A stretch of 64,000 bases of DNA from Candidatus Omnitrophota bacterium (GTDB lineage: Bacteria > Omnitrophota > Gorgyraeia > Tantalellales > Tantalellaceae), in NCBI GenBank assembly GCA_028715965.1, contig JAQUQS010000005.1, positions 54,904-118,903 on the forward strand. Direction: 5' to 3'. Position numbers and translations under genes: made by a program. A model generated the notes under the pieces. It was not told the origin of the DNA and searched no databases. It was given only the letters and a program-made list of their open reading frames with translations. Positions 9,828 to 18,627 of this stretch are shown here, piece by piece. Positions within the stretch are counted from its first letter, which is position 1, and every line of letters starts with the position of its first letter.

Positions 9828-10226
9828 TCATTTAACGTACTCGGCCTCAAGGAACTCCGTCTCATCCAGATCTTCCGTCTGGGTCGTCGTGGTCTTTGTG
9901 ACCGTGACAGCGTCACCTGAGGTGGTCACCGTGGTCTTTTCTTCCACATAAACCTCTTTTTCCGCTACTGGAGCGGACTCGGCAGGTTCCTCGCTCCCTT
10001 CCATGGGAAGAGCCACATCCACACCGATGAGGGTCCTTTTCGTGTTTCTTGGAGCCGTGGTCGCGGGTGCCGTTCCCTGCAGGTATCCCTGATTACCGGA
10101 TATTTTCTGGTCGACACGGTCTTTCTGGAACGTATAGATCTCTATCGGTTTTTCTCCATCCACCGTAGCGCATCCCGAAAGGAACAGAACCCCCGCTAAA
10201 GAGAGAAATAACATGATCCTATACAT
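9828..10226 (-). CDS. Small Thr/Glu-rich lipoprotein (function unknown)
   Basis: Signal peptide with an LSGC lipobox (MYRIMLFLSLAGVLFLSGCA), followed by a Thr-rich acidic region. Confidence 0.55.
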   Translation of the reverse strand: MYRIMLFLSLAGVLFLSGCATVDGEKPIEIYTFQKDRVDQKISGNQGYLQGTAPATTAPRNTKRTLIGVDVALPMEGSEEPAESAPVAEKEVYVEEKTTVTTSGDAVTVTKTTTTQTEDLDETEFLEAEYVK

Positions 10227-10239
10227 ATAAACCCCTTTC

Positions 10240-12009
10240 CTAATTGGTTTTTTTCCTGGTCTTTACCCCTAATTGGGCCAACTGGGTGTCGTCCACTTCC
10301 GACGGCGCGCCCGTCAAAAGGCACACACCCTTCTGTGTTTTCGGGAAAGGTATGACCTCCCTTATGGATGAGTCCCCCGTCAGTACCGTGGTCAACCTGT
10401 CCAACCCAAAAGCTATCCCCCCGTGGGGAGGCGGTCCATACGAAAATGCTTCTAAAAGAAACCCGAATTTTTCCCCCGCCTCTTTTGCGGAGAGCCCTAA
10501 TACCTCGAATATCCTGTTCTGTATGTCTTTCCTGTGTATTCTTATGCTGCCGGAACCTATCTCACTGCCGTTAAGAACAAGATCATATGATGTCGATCTT
10601 ATACGATCCAGGTCCCCGCTATCCAGATACCCGGCGTCTTCTTCCCTGAAATACGTGAACGGATGATGCTCGGAAGCCCATCTCCCGGTTTCCTTGTCCC
10701 TTGTGAACAGGGGGAAATCCACCACCCACAATAGATCGAACCTCTTTTTGTCTATAAGTCCTTTGTCCCGCCCTATCTTCAAACGCAGGGCCCCGAGAGC
10801 ATCCCGGACGATATCTTTATCATCCGCCACGATGAATATCATATCACCTGTGGAAGCGCCTGTAGTTCTCCTCAATTTTTCCAGTATTTCCGCCGGAAAG
10901 AACTTCGTTATGGGAGAATTCAAGCCGTTCTCTTCCACCTTGAAATACGCAAGGCCTTTCGCCCCATATTCACCAACAAAGGATGTAAGCGCATCTATAT
11001 CCTTACGGCTTATGCCGGCGTACCCGGGGGCCGCGATACCTTTTACTTTCCCTCCCGAAGCGAGAACGGTATTGAACACCTTGAAATCTGACCCCGCCAC
11101 GTCCTCGCTCAGGTCGTGCAAAAGGATATCGAACCTTGTGTCAGGCTTGTCCGAACCGTACAGTTCCACGGCGTCCTTATAGGTCATCCTGCGAAAAGGC
11201 GTTGTAAGCTCTATCCCCAGGATCTTTGAGAATATACCCTTGAACAGCCTTTCGGATACGTCCAGGATGTCCTCCTGTTCTACGAACGACATCTCCATAT
11301 CAAGCTGCGTGAACTCCGGCTGCCGGTCCGCCCTGAAATCCTCATCCCTGAAGCAACGCACTATCTGGAAGTATTTCTCCACGCCGGACACCATCAGTAT
11401 CTGTTTGAAAAGCTGTGGGGACTGCGGCAACGCGTAAAAACTCCCCTGCTGAAGTCTCGAAGGCACGAGGAAATCCCTGGCCCCTTCGGGCGTGGACTTC
11501 GTCAACATAGGCGTTTCCACGGAGATAAAACCTTCCTTGTCCAGGAAATCGTAAATGAATTTGTAGACGCGGTGTTTTACGGCCAGCTTCTCTTGCATGG
11601 AAGGCCTCCTGAGATCCAGGTACCGGTATCTCATCCGCAGGTCCTCGGAAACATCTATGTCATCGGTTATCTCGAACATTGGCGTTTCGGACACGGAAAG
11701 CACTTCTATCTCGCTCACGTCTATCTCTATCTCCCCGGTAACAAGTTTCTCGTTAACGGTCCCTTCAGGGCGTTTTGATACAATACCTTTTATCCTTACG
11801 CAATATTCGCTCCTGAGCTTATGCGCCTCTTCATGCGCCTGTCGGTTGCGTTCCGGGTCCAGTACTATCTGTGTTATCCCGTGTTTGTCCCTGAGGTCCA
11901 TGAAAATTATTTCCCCATGGTCCCTTCGGGACGCTATCCATCCGGCAAGTGTTACCTTTTCCGATACCTGAGCCGCGGTCAGTTCCCCGCAAGTATGTGT
12001 CCTTATCAT
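10240..12009 (-). CDS. aspS: Aspartate--tRNA ligase
   Basis: AspRS anticodon-binding OB fold plus class II core (MIRTHTCGELT.., FMDLRDKHG, motif 2/3). Start at 12009 with a GAGGGG RBS. The track ORF has an N-terminal extension. Confidence 0.9.
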   Translation of the reverse strand: MIRTHTCGELTAAQVSEKVTLAGWIASRRDHGEIIFMDLRDKHGITQIVLDPERNRQAHEEAHKLRSEYCVRIKGIVSKRPEGTVNEKLVTGEIEIDVSEIEVLSVSETPMFEITDDIDVSEDLRMRYRYLDLRRPSMQEKLAVKHRVYKFIYDFLDKEGFISVETPMLTKSTPEGARDFLVPSRLQQGSFYALPQSPQLFKQILMVSGVEKYFQIVRCFRDEDFRADRQPEFTQLDMEMSFVEQEDILDVSERLFKGIFSKILGIELTTPFRRMTYKDAVELYGSDKPDTRFDILLHDLSEDVAGSDFKVFNTVLASGGKVKGIAAPGYAGISRKDIDALTSFVGEYGAKGLAYFKVEENGLNSPITKFFPAEILEKLRRTTGASTGDMIFIVADDKDIVRDALGALRLKIGRDKGLIDKKRFDLLWVVDFPLFTRDKETGRWASEHHPFTYFREEDAGYLDSGDLDRIRSTSYDLVLNGSEIGSGSIRIHRKDIQNRIFEVLGLSAKEAGEKFGFLLEAFSYGPPPHGGIAFGLDRLTTVLTGDSSIREVIPFPKTQKGVCLLTGAPSEVDDTQLAQLGVKTRKKTN

Positions 12010-12016
12010 ATTCCCC

Positions 12017-13276
12017 TCATTTTTTAAGCGCGTCCCTAAGCTCGTCCAGGGAAACACTTGTCTGCTGCCCGGTGTCCATGTTCTTAAGCGTGAACGCCAT
12101 GTTTTTCTTCTCTTCCTCACCTATTATGACCACGTATTCCCGCCCTTCCTTGTGCGCTTTTCTCATAAGGCTTTTGAAGGATCTTTGCGGGTCACCTGCC
12201 TCACAGCATATCCCGGAACAACGGAGTTCCTTGACCAGGTCGAAAACATCGTCCCTGAACGCAGCCGCCATAGGTATTACGAAGGTCCCGGGCCGGTCCG
12301 GCTTGAACTCGTCGGCAAGTTTTATGAGCATCAACCGTTCAAGACCGATAGCATATCCTGTCGCCCCGATGTCCGCCCCTCCCATGTCCCTGCACAGGGA
12401 ATCATACCTGCCTCCGGCCGCTATGGCGTCCTGGGCCCCGAGAGATGCGTGCGTGACCTCGAAGATTACACCTGTGTAATAATCCAATCCCCTTACAAGG
12501 TCCTTTTTCTCGGAGAACCGTATCCGCGCCGAGACCAGGAGTTCCTTTAACTTGGCGTAGTACGCGTCGCAATCCCCGCATAGATATCCCATTATGTTAG
12601 GCGCGCCCGCCACGACATCCCGGCATCCGGGGTTCTTGCAATCAAGCACCCGAAGAACGTTCGTATCTTTTCTCCTCTTGCAGTTATCGCATAGACCGTC
12701 GGATACCGAATCCAGGTACGCGGTAAGGTCTTTCCGGAAAACATCCCGGTCTTTTTTGCAACCCAGTGAATTTATCGATATACACGCGTCATCCACGCCG
12801 ATCTTACTGAAGAACATATCCAGGCTCATGATAAGCTCCGCGTCGATATAAGGATCATGCCCTCCTATGACTTCGGCGCCTATTTGATGGAACTGCCTGA
12901 GCCGACCTTTCTGGGGACGTTCCGCCCTGAACATCGGGCCGATATAGAAAAGCCGGGTCAGATCCGGCGTATTCGGGTCGAAAAGACCATTCTCGATAAA
13001 AGCCCTTATGATGGAAGCGGTCCCTTCGGGACGCAAAGATATATCCTTACCGCTGCGGGAGGTGAATGAATACATCTCTTTTTCGACTATATCCGTATCC
13101 TGCCCAATGCTTCTGGTAAAAACACGCGTCTCTTCCAGAAGCGGCGTACGTATCTCCCGGAAACCGAAACAGGCAAAAACATCCCTGGCCGTTCTTTCTA
13201 TCTTTTGAACGACCTCACACTGTTCCGGAAGCATATCCGGCATACCTTTGATGGAGTGAAAAGATCTCTGGGCCAC
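12017..13276 (-). CDS. hisS: Histidine--tRNA ligase
   Basis: 419 aa with the HisRS class II core and C-terminal anticodon-binding domain. Confidence 0.9.
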   Translation of the reverse strand: MAQRSFHSIKGMPDMLPEQCEVVQKIERTARDVFACFGFREIRTPLLEETRVFTRSIGQDTDIVEKEMYSFTSRSGKDISLRPEGTASIIRAFIENGLFDPNTPDLTRLFYIGPMFRAERPQKGRLRQFHQIGAEVIGGHDPYIDAELIMSLDMFFSKIGVDDACISINSLGCKKDRDVFRKDLTAYLDSVSDGLCDNCKRRKDTNVLRVLDCKNPGCRDVVAGAPNIMGYLCGDCDAYYAKLKELLVSARIRFSEKKDLVRGLDYYTGVIFEVTHASLGAQDAIAAGGRYDSLCRDMGGADIGATGYAIGLERLMLIKLADEFKPDRPGTFVIPMAAAFRDDVFDLVKELRCSGICCEAGDPQRSFKSLMRKAHKEGREYVVIIGEEEKKNMAFTLKNMDTGQQTSVSLDELRDALKK

Positions 13277-13299
13277 TTTAATGTGCCTTCCGGCCTGTT

Positions 13300-13587
13300 C
13301 TATTCCTTTTCCGAAGCTTCCACATCTACTTTCATCTTCATTCCGGATTTAAAGGATACGACCTTTTTATCCGGTATGGTAACACCGCTCCCGGTCCTGG
13401 GGTTACGTCCCAGTCTTCCTTTTCTGGTCTTGACCTTGAAAATACCGAAATTCCTGAGTTCTACCTTATCCCCCTTGTGGAGGCTTTCAATTATAAGGTC
13501 GAACGTTCTCTGCACCACTTCCTTGACCTCGATCTGCTTCAATCCGGTCTCTTCGGATATCCTCATGATAATGTCTTTTTTTGTCAT
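13300..13587 (-). CDS. hup: DNA-binding protein HU/IHF family
   Basis: 95 aa, ..GFGIFKVKTRKGRLGRNPRTG.. with the HU arm motif. Confidence 0.85.
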   Translation of the reverse strand: MTKKDIIMRISEETGLKQIEVKEVVQRTFDLIIESLHKGDKVELRNFGIFKVKTRKGRLGRNPRTGSGVTIPDKKVVSFKSGMKMKVDVEASEKE

Positions 13588-13630
13588 TTATCTTCCTCCT
13601 CCTTTTTAGTTTGTGGATCCTTAAGTGCTT

Positions 13631-13659
13631 ATATTATCATTACTTATATTTATTGTCAA
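13631..13659 (-). promoter_or_regulatory. Sigma70-like promoter for hup (TTGACA-17-TAATAT)
   Basis: On the minus strand, TTGACA (plus 13654-13659) is followed by a 17-nt spacer and TAATAT (plus 13631-13636), about 45 nt upstream of the hup start. Confidence 0.5.
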
Positions 13660-13689
13660 CAGGCAATCCAAATCTGCGCTATGCCGCGC

Positions 13690-13713
13690 CACATACGGCG
13701 CGCGCCGTATGTG
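13690..13713. repeat. 24-nt perfect GC-rich palindrome 3 nt downstream of the dnaE stop
   Basis: CACATACGGCGC|GCGCCGTATGTG is perfectly self-complementary. A smaller GCGC-N6-GCGC palindrome is adjacent. No U-tract follows. Confidence 0.8.
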
Positions 13714-13716
13714 CCA

Positions 13717-16700
13717 TTACTTCGTTATGAACTTGACCTTGCCATGCCCCGTTATCTTTTCCAATTCTTCGACCATCTCATCAGATGTGGAGACATACAG
13801 GTCCTCTTCCAACGCAAGCCGTATCTTCCTGCCCTCAGGGGAAAGGAACTCGATAAAAGAGGGCGTATTCCCTTTGAACCGCTTGATGGTGGACTTTATC
13901 ATCTTCATGTTCTCCTCGCCCAGTCCAGCAGTGGAAAGTTTTATGAGCACGGCCTTTGTGAACCTTTCCTTGACCTGGTCTATCGGGATGATCTCTTCAG
14001 CGATTATTTTAGGTTCTTCTTCCCTAAGATTAAGCCGGCCATGTACATACACAAGATTATCTTCCCGGATAAGCTCGGGTGCCTTCCGGTATGTCTTGGG
14101 AAAGATCAATACCTCAATGAAGCTCTCGAGGTCCCCCAGGCTCACGATCGCCATCTTCTCACCTTTTTTCCTGGTCACCGTCGTGCGTACTTTATTTATC
14201 AATCCACCTATAAGTACAAGTTGTCCGTCCGACATGTTCGCCAGTTCCGATATGGTCGCGGTAGAATACATACCAAGCAGTTTCTCGTACCTGGTAAGCG
14301 GGTGCTTAGTGATATAAAACCCCAGCATTTCCTTTTCCCCGGACAAAAGCTCCGGTTCCGGCCATTCGGGTATATTCGGTATCTCCTCAAAGTTATTCTT
14401 GAAAGAATCTTCCGCGGCACTCTCGTCAAAGAACGACATCTGGCCTATTTCCCTGTCCCTGTTGGATTTAGCCGCCATGGTTATCACTTTGTCCAGCACG
14501 GACATCGCCTGGGACCTGAATATGCCGGTGGAATCCAACGCGCCACATTTTATAAGACTTTCCAGCACCTTGCGATTGACCGTTTTCGAGTCCACCTTCC
14601 GGGTCAGGTCATATATGGACTCGAACCTGCCGAAAGCCTGACGCGTGTTTATTATGCCTTCCGCGGCACCGGCGCCGACGTTCTTGACCGCCGACAAGCC
14701 GAACCGTATGTCCCCTCCTACGACCGTGAAGTCCTTATAGCTTTCGTTAACGTCCGGAGGCAATATATCGATCCCCATCCTGACCGCTTCATTTATATAA
14801 TCGGAGATCTTATCCATGTTGTTCTTTTCACTGGTAAGAAGCGCGGTCATGAACTCGACCGGGAAGTTGGCTTTAAGATAAGCCGTGCGATAGCTCACCA
14901 TGGCGTAGGCCGCCGAATGCGATTTATTGAACCCGTATCCGGCAAAGTACGCTATGAAATCCCATATCCTCTCGGCGGTAGCCGCGTCAACATTATTCTT
15001 CCTGGCGCCTTCGAGGAACTTGATCTTTATCCCCTCCAACGCGTCGGCGATCTTTTTCCCGACAACTTTCCTGACATTATCGGCTTCGGCCATGGAGAAA
15101 CCGGCTAGCACGGACACTATCTTCATGACCTGTTCCTGGTACACGATTATCCCATAAGTTTCTTTTAGGATCGGCTCAAGAAGGGCATGGTCATAGGTCA
15201 CCTTGACCTGGCCCTGTTTCCTCTTAATGAACTCATCGAGCATACCGCTACCCATGGGTCCCGGTCGGTACAGAGCAAGTATGGCTATAAGGTCTTCGAA
15301 TTTGTTGGGACGTATCTTCCTCAAAAGATCACGCATGCCGCTGGATTCCAGCTGGAACACCCCGGCCGTCTCCGCTCTTGATAGGAGTTCGAACGTTTTC
15401 CCGTCCTCCAACGATATCTTATCGATATCCACGTCCAGTTCCCTGGTACGCTTGATTATCTTCACTGCCTGGTCTATGACCGTGAGCGTTTTCAGCCCGA
15501 GAAAATCCATTTTGAGCATGCCTATCTGGTCGAGCGATTTCATGGCATAACCCGTTGTTATCTGGTCATCCGCGGTCTTGAACAGAGGTATCCTCTTGAT
15601 AAGAGGCTTGTCCGATATGACCACCCCCGCCGCGTGTGTCGAAGCGTGCCTGTTCAACCCTTCCAGCCTTAGGGAAGTATTGACAAGCTGCTTGACCATC
15701 GGGTCTTCATCATACTTGCTCCGGAGTTCGGGCTCGATCTCAAGAGCCCTCTCTAGCGTCATACCAAGGTCGTTAGGCACGAGCTTGGCTATCTTATCCA
15801 CCTCGGCATAAGGCATGCCCATTACCCTGCCGACATCCCGCAATACGCCTTTGGCCATCATCGTACCGAACGTTATTATCTGGGCGACGTTATCCTTGGA
15901 ATATTTCTCGATGACGTAATCTATCACCTCCTGCCTTCTCTCGAAGCAGAAGTCAATATCTATATCAGGCATGGTGACCCTTGCGGGATTAAGAAAACGC
16001 TCGAATATCAGGTCATACTTGAGCGGGTCTATATCGGTAATGCCCAGGGCATAACTTACTATACTTCCGGCGGCCGAACCGCGGCCTGGGCCTACCGGGA
16101 TCCCGTGACGTTTCGCGTAATTGATGAAATCCCATACTATCAGGAAATAACTGACATATCCGCTTTGCTCAATGATACCTATCTCGTGTTCCACCCTCTT
16201 CTGTATCTCATCACTGACCGCGTCATAGCGGGATCTGATGCCTTCCGCAACAAGCCTTTTGAAGAACACCAGGTTCTCTTCTCCGTCGGGAGCCTGAAAA
16301 TGCGGCAAATGCAGTTCACTGAAATCCAGTTCAAGGTTACATCTTTCAGCTATCTTCACGGTGTTCGCCACGGCGTCCGGCACTTCGGCAAAAGCTTTCT
16401 TCATTTCATCCGGAGTTTTAAAGTACAATTGGTCCGTCTGGAACTTCATGCGGTTCATATCGTCCAGCGTGGTCTGGGTCTGTATACAAAGAAGCGCGTC
16501 GTGCGCCTTGGCATCGCTCCTGTCTATATAATGCACATCGCATGTGGCCACAAGCCCCAGGTCCATTTCACGGGCAAGCTTTATAAGCCCCTTGTTCAAC
16601 TTATCCTGTCTCTCGAGCTGATTATCCTGAAGTTCCAGGAAAAAATTCTCTTTGCCGAATATCTCCGCGTATTCCCCGGCGGCTTTTCTCGCCTCGTTCC

Positions 16701-17178
16701 ACTGGTCGGAAAGGATAAAATGTGGGACTTCCCCTCCCAGACAGGCTGACATGGCCACGAGCCCTTTACCACACCTGGTGAGGACCTCTTTATCCACCCT
16801 GGGTTTATAATAGAACCCCTCCACATACCCCAGAGATACTATCTCCATCAGGTTCTTGTATCCTGTAAGATTACGCGCGAGAAGTACCAGATGGTAGGAC
16901 GCCCCCTTAATGCCGTGAGAAGTCTTGTCAAAACGGCTTTCGGGTGCCACATATACCTCGCACCCGATTATGGGCTTAACACCTTTTTTCCTGGCTTTGG
17001 TGTAGAACTCTATGGCGCCGAACATGTTCCCATGGTCTGTTATGGCGCATGCCGGCATGTTATTCCTGGCAGCCAGGTCCAAGAGCTCGTCCAGACGACA
17101 CGCACCGTCCAAAAGGCTGTACTGTGTGTGGACATGAAGATGTACGAAATCGGATTGTGTGTTAGTCATTTTATCCAT
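13717..17178 (-). CDS. dnaE: DNA polymerase III alpha subunit
   Basis: 1153 aa with the PHP domain (HLHVHTQYSLLDG), the Pol IIIa core and an OB domain. Confidence 0.95.
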   Translation of the reverse strand: MDKMTNTQSDFVHLHVHTQYSLLDGACRLDELLDLAARNNMPACAITDHGNMFGAIEFYTKARKKGVKPIIGCEVYVAPESRFDKTSHGIKGASYHLVLLARNLTGYKNLMEIVSLGYVEGFYYKPRVDKEVLTRCGKGLVAMSACLGGEVPHFILSDQWNEARKAAGEYAEIFGKENFFLELQDNQLERQDKLNKGLIKLAREMDLGLVATCDVHYIDRSDAKAHDALLCIQTQTTLDDMNRMKFQTDQLYFKTPDEMKKAFAEVPDAVANTVKIAERCNLELDFSELHLPHFQAPDGEENLVFFKRLVAEGIRSRYDAVSDEIQKRVEHEIGIIEQSGYVSYFLIVWDFINYAKRHGIPVGPGRGSAAGSIVSYALGITDIDPLKYDLIFERFLNPARVTMPDIDIDFCFERRQEVIDYVIEKYSKDNVAQIITFGTMMAKGVLRDVGRVMGMPYAEVDKIAKLVPNDLGMTLERALEIEPELRSKYDEDPMVKQLVNTSLRLEGLNRHASTHAAGVVISDKPLIKRIPLFKTADDQITTGYAMKSLDQIGMLKMDFLGLKTLTVIDQAVKIIKRTRELDVDIDKISLEDGKTFELLSRAETAGVFQLESSGMRDLLRKIRPNKFEDLIAILALYRPGPMGSGMLDEFIKRKQGQVKVTYDHALLEPILKETYGIIVYQEQVMKIVSVLAGFSMAEADNVRKVVGKKIADALEGIKIKFLEGARKNNVDAATAERIWDFIAYFAGYGFNKSHSAAYAMVSYRTAYLKANFPVEFMTALLTSEKNNMDKISDYINEAVRMGIDILPPDVNESYKDFTVVGGDIRFGLSAVKNVGAGAAEGIINTRQAFGRFESIYDLTRKVDSKTVNRKVLESLIKCGALDSTGIFRSQAMSVLDKVITMAAKSNRDREIGQMSFFDESAAEDSFKNNFEEIPNIPEWPEPELLSGEKEMLGFYITKHPLTRYEKLLGMYSTATISELANMSDGQLVLIGGLINKVRTTVTRKKGEKMAIVSLGDLESFIEVLIFPKTYRKAPELIREDNLVYVHGRLNLREEEPKIIAEEIIPIDQVKERFTKAVLIKLSTAGLGEENMKMIKSTIKRFKGNTPSFIEFLSPEGRKIRLALEEDLYVSTSDEMVEELEKITGHGKVKFITK

Positions 17179-17283
17179 GAAAAAGCCGTAGAGCCGTTTA
17201 AAGAGGCGAAAAAAGGCCCTGGAACGGACCTTTGTAAAAACAGAACCGTACCACAGGATAAGACCTTATACCAGGCTTATCCT

Positions 17284-18444
17284 TTATTTCCTCATACCGA
17301 CCCGCTGGGCGCTCTGATAGACCTTGCCTTCGGTCTGTATCGACGGGGCGATTATCATGTTGACCATCTGCATTTCCCTTATGTTGTGCGCGCCAAGGTT
17401 TCCCATACTGGTGGCCAGGGCCCCAACAAGGTTCTGCGTGCCGTCATCGATCTGGGCCGGACCGTACAGTATCTCCTCAAGCGTACCCGTGGTCCCGACC
17501 CTTATACGTGTACCACGCGGCAATGAGGGATGAGGCATGGCCATCCCCCAGTGATAACCTTTCCCGGGCGCTTCGTTGGAGCGCGCGAACGCGTTCCCCA
17601 GCATTACGGCGTCAGCCCCGGCGGCAAAGGCCTTACATACGTCCCCGCCCGTGGCCATACCACCATCGGTGATTATCGGGACATATCTGCCCGTCTTTTT
17701 GTAGTAAAAATCCCTGGCGGCCGCGCAATCGCAAGTAGCAGTTATCTGCGGGACACCTATGCCGAGGACCCCGCGGGAGGTACACGCGGTACCCGGGCCG
17801 ATACCTACGAATATGCCTTGGCATCCGGTTTCCATCAGGGCAATGGCGACCTTGTAGTCTACGCAGTTACCCAGGAGGACCGGTATCTTCATATCCCGGC
17901 AGAACTTGAAAAGGTCCAGCGGCTCGTACTGGCTGGACTCATGGTTTACGCTGATCACGGTGGATTGTATTATGAAAATATCACACCCGGCGTCCCTGGC
18001 TATCGGTCCGAACTCTCCGGCCACCTGCGGGTTGCAACTGACAAGCGCCGGTACTTTAGCCGCCTTGATCTGCTTTATCCTTTTAGTTATCAGCTCTTTC
18101 TTGATGGGTTTTGAATATACTTCCTGTATGACCTTGGTACTTTCATTCGGGTCGCAGTTCACTATCTTCTGGACCGCTTCTTCGGGGTTATCGTACCTTG
18201 TGGAAATACCTTCCAAGTGAAGCACTGCCGCGCCGCCAAGCTTGCCCATGGCGATAGCGAAATTGACATCTACCACGCCATCCATCGAAGAGGCCATTAT
18301 AGGTACCTGGAACTTAATGCCGCCGATCTCAAAAGATGTATTGACATCGTTCGGATTTATAGTAAGGTCACCAGGAACCAGCGCGACCTCGTCAAAACCA
18401 TAGCTTCTCCTGGCCTTACGTCCTATACCTACCCACATTCCCAT
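17284..18444 (-). CDS. IMP dehydrogenase/GMP reductase family protein lacking the CBS pair
   Basis: 386 aa. FDEVALVPG.. N-terminus and catalytic loop GIGPGTACTSR. The region where GuaB carries the CBS pair is only about 60 aa. Confidence 0.75.
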   Translation of the reverse strand: MGMWVGIGRKARRSYGFDEVALVPGDLTINPNDVNTSFEIGGIKFQVPIMASSMDGVVDVNFAIAMGKLGGAAVLHLEGISTRYDNPEEAVQKIVNCDPNESTKVIQEVYSKPIKKELITKRIKQIKAAKVPALVSCNPQVAGEFGPIARDAGCDIFIIQSTVISVNHESSQYEPLDLFKFCRDMKIPVLLGNCVDYKVAIALMETGCQGIFVGIGPGTACTSRGVLGIGVPQITATCDCAAARDFYYKKTGRYVPIITDGGMATGGDVCKAFAAGADAVMLGNAFARSNEAPGKGYHWGMAMPHPSLPRGTRIRVGTTGTLEEILYGPAQIDDGTQNLVGALATSMGNLGAHNIREMQMVNMIIAPSIQTEGKVYQSAQRVGMRK

Positions 18445-18547
18445 AGCTTCCTCCTGTCTTGAACGGGTTGGACCCCGTAGTTATAAGTGCATGAAAAACA
18501 GCAATTTAGAGCGTTATATATCATATCTGGATCTAAATAATGTTAGT

Positions 18548-18576
18548 ATGATACAAAAGTGTCCGCGATTTGTCAA
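18548..18576 (-). promoter_or_regulatory. Sigma70-like promoter (TTGACA-17-TATCAT) for the IMPDH-like gene
   Basis: On the minus strand, TTGACA (plus 18571-18576) is followed by a 17-nt spacer and TATCAT (plus 18548-18553). The leader is about 95 nt with an AGGAGG RBS. Confidence 0.5.
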
Positions 18577-18627
18577 GAGTACGGTATCTTTGTCCGGTAG
18601 GGCCTGTAAAAGCGGGTGAGACGGGTA

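Noticed and set aside
9794-9916. N-terminal extensions in track ORFs: phoH to 9916, aspS to 12120, nadX to 21371, argG to 31195, argF to 32177, DUF502 to 5687, the IMPDH-like gene, and others
   Set aside because: Family conservation and RBS placement support internal Met starts. The extensions overlap upstream genes in other frames.
13477-15108. Long plus-strand ORFs: 543 aa at 13477..15108, 407 aa at 7696..8919, 336 aa at 816..1826, 323 aa at 24749..25720, and many others
   Set aside because: Each lies exactly antisense to a well-supported minus-strand gene (dnaE, pgpH, ppdK, dapB/dapA, and so on). They have low-complexity, Arg/Pro/His-rich translations with no family resemblance. These are shadow ORFs from codon bias.
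18445-18545. Possible purine riboswitch or leader peptide (31-aa uORF MIYNALNCCF..) in the leader of the IMPDH-like gene
   Set aside because: The leader lacks the conserved purine-aptamer boxes (GGAUAUGG, UUUCUACC, ACCGUAAAU). The uORF has no RBS and overlaps the main RBS out of frame.
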